A stretch of 32,000 nt of DNA from Candidatus Sericytochromatia bacterium (GTDB taxonomy: Bacteria > Cyanobacteriota > Sericytochromatia > S15B-MN24 > UBA4093). Location: positions 69,203 through 101,202 of the forward strand of contig JAKFCW010000047.1 in the NCBI GenBank assembly GCA_036676455.1, read 5' to 3'. Shown here one piece after another: positions 24,390-32,000 of the stretch (positions are counted from its first letter, which is position 1; each line of letters opens with the position of its first letter). A model generated the notes under the pieces. It did no database searches and was not told where the DNA came from. It worked only from the letters and a program-made list of their open reading frames with translations. The translations under genes were made by a program, and so were the position numbers.

Positions 24390-26500
24390 TTCGACTCCTG
24401 CCTGGAGGAGACGTTGGCCTTGAACTCGACGGCCAGATTCACCCGGAAGCCGGATCCCCGGAACAAGGTCACGGGAACCGACGAGCCCGGCGAGCGCACC
24501 CGTAGGCCGAGCTTGGAGGCCTTTCGGAAGCGATCCAATGCCTCTCCCTCGAGCGTCAGGTGATTGGTCACACGGTAGCCTGCCGCCTGGTTGCCCAGTG
24601 AAAGCGTCTGAACGAAGGCCTCGGAATCCGTGAACGGATCACTCGAGGTGGAAAAGAGCAGATCGAGATCGAGCGGAATGCTCCAGCCGTTGTCGATGGT
24701 CAGCTTGAGCACGGCACGCTCCACCCGGTTCAGCATGTCTCGATTCTCCGACGTGAAGCTCAACGCCGTCGGCGGACGAACGTCGATGGCCGGCTTCGGC
24801 GCGCTTCCCCCGAAGGGTTCGAGCGTGAACGAGAGCGGAATCTCGACGCCGAGGCGGCCTTCCAGGACGTCGGACGCCGAGAGACGAACGGGCTGTCCCT
24901 TGGAGTCGATCACGACCTTGCCGCCGACGCTCAGGGAGGTGGGCTTGGCGTTGAGAAGGTCGAGCAAGTTGGAGTTCTGGGCGTTGACCTGCAGCTCATT
25001 GACCTGATTGCCCGCGATCGGCAGGCGCAAGGGCTGGCCGCTCTTGTCCCGCAAGGGCACATCCCCCGTTCCGGGAATGCTGGCCCTGACGTCCAGGTCG
25101 AGGGTGCCAGCGAGGGCGCTCGCGTTCTGAAGCTCCAGGCGCAGGACGACGTCCTGGAGGTTGATGCCCTGATTGGAAATCAGGTCAGGAAGCTGGATGG
25201 GCATGGAGGAGGCCGGGAGGGCGATCTCGCGGGTCACAGGAACTTCGATCGCCCGGAATCGGAGCGGGGCCCGGAGGAGGACCCGTCCCGACATGGACGG
25301 CGAGCCGTCCATGGCCAAGAGGGCGCCGGAGGGCCCGGTATCCTTGGTGGTGGCGCGCGCCGTCACCGCGATCTGGCCGTTCTCGGGGCGGATGGTGACG
25401 CCGGTGAGCGGAACCTCGATGGTTCGGGACTCGCCTGCCTTCAGCTCGTAGACGGCGGTCATCGGGGCGGTTTGACCGGGCCGGAAAAAGTGCGAGAAGC
25501 CCAGGTCCAGGGTAGCCGCAACCGGGAAGCCGTTTCGCAGCGTGAGCTCCAGGGTGCCCTCCTCGACCTCGAGGCTGCGGACGGTTTCGGTCGCGTACGC
25601 CGGGTCGTCGAGCCCGAAGTCGAGCGTCTGAGAGGGGATCTGGATGGATTTGGTGGCGATCTCGACGCGAAGGTGGCTGATGGTCTTGGTCACGAGCACG
25701 ACGTTCGAGAGCGTCACATGGGAGACCGGGGCCTGCGCCAGTTGCCCGCCAGGAATGAAGACGTCGATCTTCAGCGAGAGATCGGGCGTGAGGGTCGCCC
25801 CGGCCTGCAGCGGAACGGTCAATCTGCGGGACTGCCCCGGGTCGAGGGGAACCGCGGCCTGGGTACGTCCCACTTCCCGGGTGGCTCCGCCCTGGGTGGC
25901 GTAAAGCTTCACCGTCGGTGAGAAGCGGACCCCCAGCTGATTCTCCACCGTGAACTCCAGATGCCCCGACGGCGTCCCGACCCGAGCCTCGGTGAAGTTG
26001 GACTCTCCGGCGGGAACCGCGAGCTTCTGATCGACCGTGTAGGTCAAGTTGAAGGGAACGGGCACCCCGGGGGAAAGTCCCCCTCCCACGATCGTGTCCG
26101 CGCGCAAGGGGAGATCGGGGAACTGGATGTCCGGCAGTGAGGCGTCGACGCCGGGAAGTGACTGCTGGGGCAAATCGATCGCCAAGGGGTCGTTCAGCGT
26201 GAGGTTCTCGGCGAACCGGATGGGCTCGAGTTCCTGTGAAGCCGGCATGAGGTGAAGCCGCTCGTCGTTGCCGGGCTGGACCGCGAGGTCTCCGAAGAGG
26301 GATCGCGCCACCCCGGGGTCATCCAGGGAGAGGGAGAGCGAGCCCAGGGGCAAGGCGATATCCACGGGCCATGCGTACTGGATCCCCTCGGAATTGGAAG
26401 CCGTCGACAGCTTCTGCAAGGGGCTCAGAAGTTCAAGCCCACAGCCTGCGAGGAGCATGGTGATCAGTAAGACGCCAAAGCGCGGTATCATGGCCTTCAT
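24386..26500 (-). CDS. Large lipoprotein of repeated beta-sandwich-like modules
   Basis: Start MKAMIPRFGVLLITMLLAGCGLE (lipobox LAGC); several similar modules, e.g. LEFTVENQLGVRFSPTVKLYA..., LELTLRNGFPVAATLDLGFSH..., LRLELQNASALAGTLDLDVRA..., LKLTIDNGWSIPLDLDLLFS.... 4-bp overlap with the barrel gene. Confidence 0.72.
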   Translation of the reverse strand: MKAMIPRFGVLLITMLLAGCGLELLSPLQKLSTASNSEGIQYAWPVDIALPLGSLSLSLDDPGVARSLFGDLAVQPGNDERLHLMPASQELEPIRFAENLTLNDPLAIDLPQQSLPGVDASLPDIQFPDLPLRADTIVGGGLSPGVPVPFNLTYTVDQKLAVPAGESNFTEARVGTPSGHLEFTVENQLGVRFSPTVKLYATQGGATREVGRTQAAVPLDPGQSRRLTVPLQAGATLTPDLSLKIDVFIPGGQLAQAPVSHVTLSNVVLVTKTISHLRVEIATKSIQIPSQTLDFGLDDPAYATETVRSLEVEEGTLELTLRNGFPVAATLDLGFSHFFRPGQTAPMTAVYELKAGESRTIEVPLTGVTIRPENGQIAVTARATTKDTGPSGALLAMDGSPSMSGRVLLRAPLRFRAIEVPVTREIALPASSMPIQLPDLISNQGINLQDVVLRLELQNASALAGTLDLDVRASIPGTGDVPLRDKSGQPLRLPIAGNQVNELQVNAQNSNLLDLLNAKPTSLSVGGKVVIDSKGQPVRLSASDVLEGRLGVEIPLSFTLEPFGGSAPKPAIDVRPPTALSFTSENRDMLNRVERAVLKLTIDNGWSIPLDLDLLFSTSSDPFTDSEAFVQTLSLGNQAAGYRVTNHLTLEGEALDRFRKASKLGLRVRSPGSSVPVTLFRGSGFRVNLAVEFKANVSSRQESK

Positions 26501-26552
26501 GCGCGGGAAATCTCCGACGTGAACCTGGGGACGGCCTCGGCCGCGTGGGAGC

Positions 26553-26579
26553 ATCATACCAAACAAGCATGTTTTCTAA
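26553..26579 (-). promoter_or_regulatory. Candidate extended -10 promoter for the 26500 gene
   Basis: Minus strand TTAGAA-15 nt-TATGAT with TGG immediately before TATGAT, in the divergent gap between genes starting at 26500(-) and 26612(+). Confidence 0.3.
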
Positions 26580-26611
26580 TCTGTGATGAAAGGCAGGAAG
26601 CCGTGGAAGAG

Positions 26612-27043
26612 ATGCGGACTTCGACGACGCAACGCCCCAGCCTGGAGGCGATTTACATGCGCCTGGCGGGGATGCTGTCACTGCGCAGCACCTGCTCGCG
26701 CCTGCAGGTGGGAGCCGTGGTGGCCTCTCCGGACATGCGCGAGATCTTCGCCGTGGGCTACAACGGGGGGCCGGTGGGCGGCTTCAACGATTGCCTGAGC
26801 GAGGAAGCGGGCCGCTGCGGGCATGCCCATGCCGAGGACAACGCCTGCAACTTCGCCCCGGCGCGGGTGCCCAAGATCATGCTGGTGACGCATTTCCCCT
26901 GCCCGGCGTGCTGCGTGCGGATCGTCAACAAGCTCGGCTTCGAGCGCGTGTACTACCAGCAGGTCTACCGGGACATGGCGGGCCTGGAGATCCTCGAGCG
27001 GGCGGGCATCACCGTCGCGCAGCTCGACCCCAGCCTCGACTGA
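26612..27043 (+). CDS. dCMP/cytidine deaminase-family protein
   Basis: Zinc-binding motif HAEDN and PCPACC (HAE...PCxxC pattern), MRLAGMLSLRSTCSRLQVGAVVASPDMREIFAVGYNGGP, DMAGLEILERAGITV. Start at 26612 preferred over GTG at 26519. Confidence 0.88.
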   Translation: MRTSTTQRPSLEAIYMRLAGMLSLRSTCSRLQVGAVVASPDMREIFAVGYNGGPVGGFNDCLSEEAGRCGHAHAEDNACNFAPARVPKIMLVTHFPCPACCVRIVNKLGFERVYYQQVYRDMAGLEILERAGITVAQLDPSLD

Positions 27044-27067
27044 TCAAGCACTCCCGCATGCCGCCTC

Positions 27068-27123
27068 CGTCACTCCCGCACAAGCGGGAGTCCAGCTGGA
27101 TTCCCGCCTGCGCGGGAATGACG
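27068..27123. repeat. REP/MITE-like palindromic intergenic repeat
   Basis: CGTCACTCCCGCACAAGCGGGAGTCCAGCTGGATTCCCGCCTGCGCGGGAATGACG: near-perfect dyad centred on CCAGCTGG with two internal small hairpins. Confidence 0.65.
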
Positions 27124-27238
27124 CTTCCAGGGGCTTCGCGCCCGCCAACACCCGCTTGACGCTTGCCAGGGGAGGTACGATCCCGACTAGGGCTCCCTAG
27201 AGCAGGGAGCGAGCAAGAATCGGGAGGAGGGTCAGCGC

Positions 27239-27919
27239 GTGAAACGAGCAGCCTTGAGCCCCGCCATCAGAATTGCGGCCGGGATCGCGGTGGGCACGGC
27301 CTGCCTGGGTCTGGCGCCGCCGGCCGTCGCTCACGCCGCGAGCGGCGCCTGTCCCGACTGCGAGATGCGCATGATGCGCCCCGGCGGCGGCGGGGGCATG
27401 GACGACGACGACATGCGCATGATGCAGGCCCATCGCGCCAGCGGCGGGCACAAGCACTTCAACCTGGTGGTTCAGCCCTACTGGAACATGAACCAGGACG
27501 CCATCTACACGCTCCTCGGCATGGAGATGCTCAAGCAGGATTCGCTCGGCTGGAAGGGCGGATTTGGCATGTACGGCGGCATGAACTTCGGCGTCACCAG
27601 CCAGACCAACACCTTCCATTACGGTGGCGCCATCATGGGCAAGGACTTCTCGGCCGGCCCGCTCACCCTGGGCATCGGCGCCCTGCTGGGCTTCGGCAAG
27701 ACCGCCAACGTCCTGCCCGCGGTCCTGCCGGCCGGCATCACCAACTACTACATGTTCGGGGTCGGCGCGCCGCGCATCGGCCTCGCATGGACGCTCTACG
27801 ATCGCATGGAAATCGGCCTCGACGCCTCGTACCTGTTCACGACCAACCCCACTATCGGGAACAGCCCCGCCGTCAGCCTGCGGCTCTCCACCATCTCCTG
27901 GGGCAAACACGGGAACTAG
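27239..27919 (+). CDS. Exported protein, probable small outer-membrane beta-barrel
   Basis: Signal peptide ending PPAVAHAAS; CPDCEMRMMRPGGGGGMDDDDMRMMQ segment; alternating strands GGMNFGVTSQTNTFHYGG...MEIGLDASYLFTTN...VSLRLSTISW. Confidence 0.65.
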   Translation: MKRAALSPAIRIAAGIAVGTACLGLAPPAVAHAASGACPDCEMRMMRPGGGGGMDDDDMRMMQAHRASGGHKHFNLVVQPYWNMNQDAIYTLLGMEMLKQDSLGWKGGFGMYGGMNFGVTSQTNTFHYGGAIMGKDFSAGPLTLGIGALLGFGKTANVLPAVLPAGITNYYMFGVGAPRIGLAWTLYDRMEIGLDASYLFTTNPTIGNSPAVSLRLSTISWGKHGN

Positions 27920-27930
27920 CGTGCTCGTGA

Positions 27931-27962
27931 CGAAGCGGGGTCCCGATCGGGACCCCGCTTCG
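27931..27962. terminator. Palindromic terminator-like hairpin between convergent genes
   Basis: CGAAGCGGGGTCCCGA followed immediately by its exact reverse complement TCGGGACCCCGCTTCG. Confidence 0.7.
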
Positions 27963-27979
27963 CGCTTGGAGAGGGGTGG

Positions 27980-28954
27980 TTAGGGAGTCGTCTTGGCGAA
28001 GGTGTCGATCACCCGCAGCACGGCCGGCCCCAGCGTCACGACGAACATCGCCGGGAAGATGAAGAAGACCAGCGGGAAGAGCATCTTGATCGGAGCCTTC
28101 ATCGCGGCTTCCTGCGCCCGCTGCCGGCGGCGGGTCCGCAGGTGCACGCTCTGGGTCCGGAGGACGATGCCGATGCCGACGCCCAGCTGATCCGCCTGGA
28201 TCAGGGCGGCGACCACGCCTTCGAGGTCCGCGACCCCGCAGCGCATGCTCATCTCGCGCAGGGCCTCCGCGCGGGGGCGGCCCATGCGGATGTCGCTGAG
28301 GTAGCGCGCGAACTCCTCGCGCAGCTCGCGCCCCGCGTCGTTATCCTTGCCCGTGATGCGCATCAGCGCCGCGTCGAAGCTGATACCCGCCTCCACGCAC
28401 GAGGTGATCAGGTCAAGCGCATCCGGCAGCGCCCGCACGATGGCGTCCCGGCGCGCCGCGATCATCTTCGTCAGCAAAATGCCCGGCCCCGCGAGGCCCA
28501 AGATGCCGATCAGCGCCGCGGCGATCAAGGCCGCGCCGGGGTTGAACGGTGTCAGCAGCCACCAAACCAGCGGAGCCAGCGCCACGCCCAGGAGGCGCAG
28601 GGCCAGCATCCCTTGCAACGCGATGGGAGCGTAGACTCCCGCCTGGTGCAGCCGGTCCGAGAGCACGGTAATCTGGGAGCGCGGAGTCAACCGCTCGCCC
28701 ATCTTGCCCAGAACGCCGATGGCCGGGGCGATCACCCGCTGGACGAAGGGCTGATCCAGCAGCTGCTGGCGAGGCATGTAGCCGCCGGTGGCTCCCTGAA
28801 CCGCCACCAGGGAGGCAATCCGACGGTTGACGTCCCGCTCGCGCGAGGTGGACAGGCCGAAGCCCACCATCGTGGCCGACGTGACGGCCACGAAGCAGGC
28901 GGCCGCCATCACGACCGGATCTGCCGCCAGAATCATAGGTGCAACAAGCATCAT
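27980..28954 (-). CDS. tadC: TadC-like type II secretion F-domain protein (Tad locus 2)
   Basis: LPDALDLITSCVEAGISFDAALMRITGKD...GRPRAEALREMSMRCGVADLEGVVAALIQADQLGVGIGIVLRTQSVHLRTRRRQRAQEAAMKAPIKMLFPLVFFIFPAMFVVTLGPA. Confidence 0.92.
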   Translation of the reverse strand: MMLVAPMILAADPVVMAAACFVAVTSATMVGFGLSTSRERDVNRRIASLVAVQGATGGYMPRQQLLDQPFVQRVIAPAIGVLGKMGERLTPRSQITVLSDRLHQAGVYAPIALQGMLALRLLGVALAPLVWWLLTPFNPGAALIAAALIGILGLAGPGILLTKMIAARRDAIVRALPDALDLITSCVEAGISFDAALMRITGKDNDAGRELREEFARYLSDIRMGRPRAEALREMSMRCGVADLEGVVAALIQADQLGVGIGIVLRTQSVHLRTRRRQRAQEAAMKAPIKMLFPLVFFIFPAMFVVTLGPAVLRVIDTFAKTTP

Positions 28955-28955
28955 G

Positions 28956-29894
28956 CTAGTACCTCACGTCCACGATCTTCATGATCAGCATCACGCCCAG
29001 GATCTCCGAGACGACGCCCCCGGCCACGAGCATCTGGCCGCGCGGGTCCGTGAAGAGGCCCATGATGTAGCTGGGGCTGATCAGGAAGAAGAGGGCGCCG
29101 ATGCCCACCGGCAAGCCGGCCAGGACCCATCCCGACAGCCGGCCCTGCGCGGTGAGGGCCTGGACCTCGCCGGAGATGCGGATCCGGTCGCGGATGGTGT
29201 CATGGATGTTGCCCAGGATCTCGCTCAGGTTGCCGCCGGTCTCGCGCTGGATGACCATGGCCTGGACCATCAGGTCCACGTCGGTGGTGCCGACCCGGTC
29301 GCGCAGGTTGCGCAGTGCCGTCTCAGTGGGCACGCCGAAGTTGATCTCGGCGACGGCGGTGCCGAACTCGGTCGAGATGGGGGCGCTCATCTGGCGGGAT
29401 ACCATCTGGATGGCCTGCAGGAAGGAGTTACCCGCCTTCAAGGCATTGATGACGAGCATGAGCGCGTCAGGAAGCTGCTCGCTGAAGGCCTTGAGGGTCT
29501 TGGTGCGACGCTGCCGGAGCTGGAAGGTCGGGCCTAGCGAGCCCACGGCCGCCACGGCCAGAGCGATCAAGGGGTTCTGGAAGAGGAAGAAGGCCATGGC
29601 GCCGCAAGCGAGGCCCAGGAGGGCACCGGCCAGCATGAACTCGCCAGGCGTCCATGCCCAACCCACCTGGTAGAGCTGGCGATCGAGGCGTTTGGCGATC
29701 GCCAGCCCCTTCACCAGCGGATCCACCATCGCGCCCAGCCGGTTGAAGAGCTTGGGCTTCACCGCCGGCGCGTGCGGCTGCTCCAGCTGGCTGATGCGGC
29801 CGTCGATGGCGGCCTCCTGGGGGTTGCCCATCATGCCCCCCAGGGCGAAGACGACCCCCGTGATGCCGATGGCGAGAATCAGGAACGTGATCAT
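28956..29894 (-). CDS. tadB: TadB-like type II secretion F-domain protein (Tad locus 2)
   Basis: Start MITFLILAIG at 29894; LPDALMLVINALKAGNSFLQAIQMVSRQMSAPISTEFGTAVAEINFGVPTETALRNLRDRV...QRETGGNLSEILGNIHDTIRDRIRI. Confidence 0.92.
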   Translation of the reverse strand: MITFLILAIGITGVVFALGGMMGNPQEAAIDGRISQLEQPHAPAVKPKLFNRLGAMVDPLVKGLAIAKRLDRQLYQVGWAWTPGEFMLAGALLGLACGAMAFFLFQNPLIALAVAAVGSLGPTFQLRQRRTKTLKAFSEQLPDALMLVINALKAGNSFLQAIQMVSRQMSAPISTEFGTAVAEINFGVPTETALRNLRDRVGTTDVDLMVQAMVIQRETGGNLSEILGNIHDTIRDRIRISGEVQALTAQGRLSGWVLAGLPVGIGALFFLISPSYIMGLFTDPRGQMLVAGGVVSEILGVMLIMKIVDVRY

Positions 29895-31339
29895 GCCCAC
29901 CCTCCGATCTGGAAGAGGTCGACCGGCAGCGGAATGCCCTTGAGCTTGAGCTGGTCGGCGCACTTGGGACGGATGCCCGTGGGGCGGTGCTCGCCCACGA
30001 TCCGGCCGTTCTCGTCCACGCCCTGGCGGACGAAGGTGTAGATGTCCTGAAGCTGGAGGATGTCTCCTTCCATGCCGACCACCTCGGTGATCGACGTGAC
30101 CCGGCGGGCGCCATCGGTCGAGCGCTCGATCTGGAGGATCAGGTTGATGGCCGAGGCCGTCTGCTCGCGGATGGCGCGCAGCGGCAGGTCCATGCCGGCC
30201 ATCAGGACCATGGTCTCGAGGCGGGCCAGCGCGTCGCGCGTGGTGTTCGCGTGAATGGTCGCCAGGGATCCCTCGTGGCCGGTGTTCATGGCCTGAAGCA
30301 TCGCCAGGGCCTCGCCGCCGCGGATCTCACCCAGGATGATGCGGTCGGGGCGCATACGCAGCGAGTTCTTGACCAGCTCGGACTGGTCGATGCGGCCGGC
30401 CCCTTCGACGTTGGCAGGCCGGGTCTCCAGGCGGATGACGTGATCCTGCTGCAGCTGCAGCTCGGCGGCGTCCTCGATGGTGATCAGGCGCTCGTGCTCC
30501 GGGATGAACGAGGAGAGCACGTTCAAGAGCGTCGTCTTACCGGATCCGGTTCCTCCCGAGATGAGGACGTTGAGGCGGGCCTCGACGCAGCCCTTGAGGA
30601 ACTGGGCCATGGGATCGGTGAGGGACTTGTACTCGACAAGGCTATCGACCTTGAGGGGATCCTTGCGGAACTTACGGATCGTGAGGGCGGCCCCGTCGAT
30701 GGCCAGGGGGGGGATGATGGCGTTGACGCGCGAGCCGTCCGGCAGACGCGCGTCGCACATCGGGCTCGACTCGTCGATCCGGCGGCCGACCCGGCTCACG
30801 ATCCGGTCGATCACCCGCAGGAGGTGGGCGCCGTCGCTGAAGGTCACGTCCGTCTTCTCGATGCGGCCGCTGCGCTCGATGTAGACCGAGCGAGGTCCGT
30901 TGACCATGACCTCCGAGATCGAGTCGTCGGACAGGAGAGGCTCGATGGGGCCCAGGCCCATCATGTCGTGGAAGAGCTCCTCGGCCATGCGATCGCGCTC
31001 GATCCGGCTCACGAGGCGGTTGTCCTCAGCCAGCACCTGATCGATGCCGTGCCGGATGGCCTCCTTGATGGCGTCCGGTTTGCTGGTCTCGTCGAGGTTC
31101 TGGGAGCGCATGTTCTCGACGAGCAGGCGATGGACCTTGTTCTTGAGCTCGGTATGCGGATCCACCGGGGGGCGCGGGCGAGCGGCAGCGGGCTTCGGCG
31201 CCGCCTTGGCCTCTGCCGGGCGCGTGGAGATCGTCACCGCCTCCGGGTGCTCCGCCATGCTCGGAGCGGCCGGGACCGCGCCGGAGGGAGCTGATTCGGT
31301 CGCCGAGGGCGCACCCTTAAGCCGATTGCGTAGGAACAT
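29891..31339 (-). CDS. tadA: TadA/CpaF-family secretion ATPase (Tad locus 2)
   Basis: Walker A ISGGTGSGKTTLLN; GPIEPLLSDDSISEVMVNG; RLPDGSRVNAIIPPLAIDGAALTIRKF; MRPDRIILGEIRGGEALAMLQAMNTGHEGSLATIHANTTRDALARLETM. Start at MFLRNRL (31339). Confidence 0.96.
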   Translation of the reverse strand: MFLRNRLKGAPSATESAPSGAVPAAPSMAEHPEAVTISTRPAEAKAAPKPAAARPRPPVDPHTELKNKVHRLLVENMRSQNLDETSKPDAIKEAIRHGIDQVLAEDNRLVSRIERDRMAEELFHDMMGLGPIEPLLSDDSISEVMVNGPRSVYIERSGRIEKTDVTFSDGAHLLRVIDRIVSRVGRRIDESSPMCDARLPDGSRVNAIIPPLAIDGAALTIRKFRKDPLKVDSLVEYKSLTDPMAQFLKGCVEARLNVLISGGTGSGKTTLLNVLSSFIPEHERLITIEDAAELQLQQDHVIRLETRPANVEGAGRIDQSELVKNSLRMRPDRIILGEIRGGEALAMLQAMNTGHEGSLATIHANTTRDALARLETMVLMAGMDLPLRAIREQTASAINLILQIERSTDGARRVTSITEVVGMEGDILQLQDIYTFVRQGVDENGRIVGEHRPTGIRPKCADQLKLKGIPLPVDLFQIGGWA

Positions 31340-32000
31340 CCAACAACCTCCTGACCGTGCGCCAGATCTGCGACAGCGGGTTCGATGCCACGGGGACGAC
31401 GGCGACCGTCTCGCGTGACTTGGGCTTGGCATAGGACTGGGCAATTTCCTTGACTGACTTGGCGAATGCTCCGTTGGGCTCGGAGATCAACAACGGCTCA
31501 CCAGCGTTCACCGCCGACAGGGCCTGCTCGGCTTGCCAGCCGAGCCGATGTGACAAGGGCCGCTGGATCACCCGTTGCGCCGCCTCGGCATTGATCTCGC
31601 TCGGCTGCTCGTAGCCGGCCACCTTGACCTTGTCCAGGTCGAGGCCCAGCTCGCCCCAGAGCCTGAGGCTCTGCTGCAGCGCCCGAAGCGCGGCCATGTC
31701 CATGGTGAGCGGAACCAGCACGGTATCCGCCAGCTCCATGGCCCGCAGGATGGGCTCGGTCAGCTGCGCACCGGTATCGATGACCGTCCAGGCGGAGCGG
31801 GACTTGAGCGTAGTGACGGTCCAGTCGACGGTCTGGGCGGTGACCAGCTCCGCATCCTCCGGGGTGGTCGCGGCGGGAAGGACCCGGACTCCGGACTTGG
31901 TATGCGTGAGAAGCGCCTGCTCGAGGGCCTCTCCGTCCGCCTTGGAGCCGAGCCGCGCGACGTCCGAAAGCGAGGGGCCGGGCTTGAGGTTGAAGAAGAG
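31317..32000 (-). CDS. TadZ/CpaE-like ATPase, C-terminal part (gene continues past window)
   Basis: Reverse reading is open to the edge: LFFNLKPGPSLSDVARLGSKADGEALEQALLTHTKSGVRVLPAATTPEDAELVTAQTVDWTVTTLKSRSAWTVIDTGAQLTEPILRAMELADTVLVPLTMDMAALRALQQSL; adjacent to tadA. Confidence 0.82.
   Translation of the reverse strand, partial: LFFNLKPGPSLSDVARLGSKADGEALEQALLTHTKSGVRVLPAATTPEDAELVTAQTVDWTVTTLKSRSAWTVIDTGAQLTEPILRAMELADTVLVPLTMDMAALRALQQSLRLWGELGLDLDKVKVAGYEQPSEINAEAAQRVIQRPLSHRLGWQAEQALSAVNAGEPLLISEPNGAFAKSVKEIAQSYAKPKSRETVAVVPVASNPLSQIWRTVRRLLDVPTQSA

Noticed and set aside
27163-27930. 255-aa plus and 237-aa minus ORFs overlapping the 27239 gene
   Set aside because: Arg/Gly/His/Ala-rich alternative frames; the 226-aa frame has a signal peptide and barrel-like composition.
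29987-31294. Plus-strand 435-aa ORF
   Set aside because: Antisense to the unambiguous TadA/CpaF ATPase gene.
1-32000. CRISPR arrays, tRNA/rRNA genes and transposases
   Set aside because: No regularly spaced repeats, no tRNA-like cloverleaf with a GTTCGA-type arm that I could fold, and no transposase or integrase motifs were seen by eye; a tRNAscan/Infernal run would be decisive.

Overview
High-GC bacterial chromosomal window with about 30 supported CDSs, mostly on the minus strand. No rRNA, tRNA, CRISPR array or transposase was recognised. Main blocks: (1) 1837-4818(-), a partial Tad/Flp-type locus (TadC-, TadB- and TadZ/CpaE-like plus a small membrane-anchored protein) with no TadA/CpaF ATPase. 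(2) 5006-7304(+), two tandem NHL-repeat lipoproteins ending at a perfect 21-bp inverted repeat. (3) 8524-14613(-), a tightly packed six-gene cluster that I consider the standout. It contains a MotA-like and a MotB/OmpA-like stator pair, a FlgO/CsgG-like domain joined to a C-terminal beta-barrel-like region, a TPR protein, and a 614-aa protein that reads as the FliF C-terminal part + transmembrane helix + FliG fused in one chain. No FliM, FliN, hook or flagellin gene is visible, so this may be a flagellum-derived motor with a different output. (4) 15243-26500(-), a run of lineage-specific predicted lipoproteins and outer-membrane-like proteins. (5) 26612-27919(+), a dCMP/cytidine deaminase-family protein and a small barrel-like exported protein. 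(6) 27980-32000(-), a second, canonical Tad block (TadC, TadB, TadA/CpaF, TadZ/CpaE). All homology calls come from reading motifs, not from searches. The lineage is unassigned; a deep-branching, flagellum-lacking lineage is possible but cannot be shown here.
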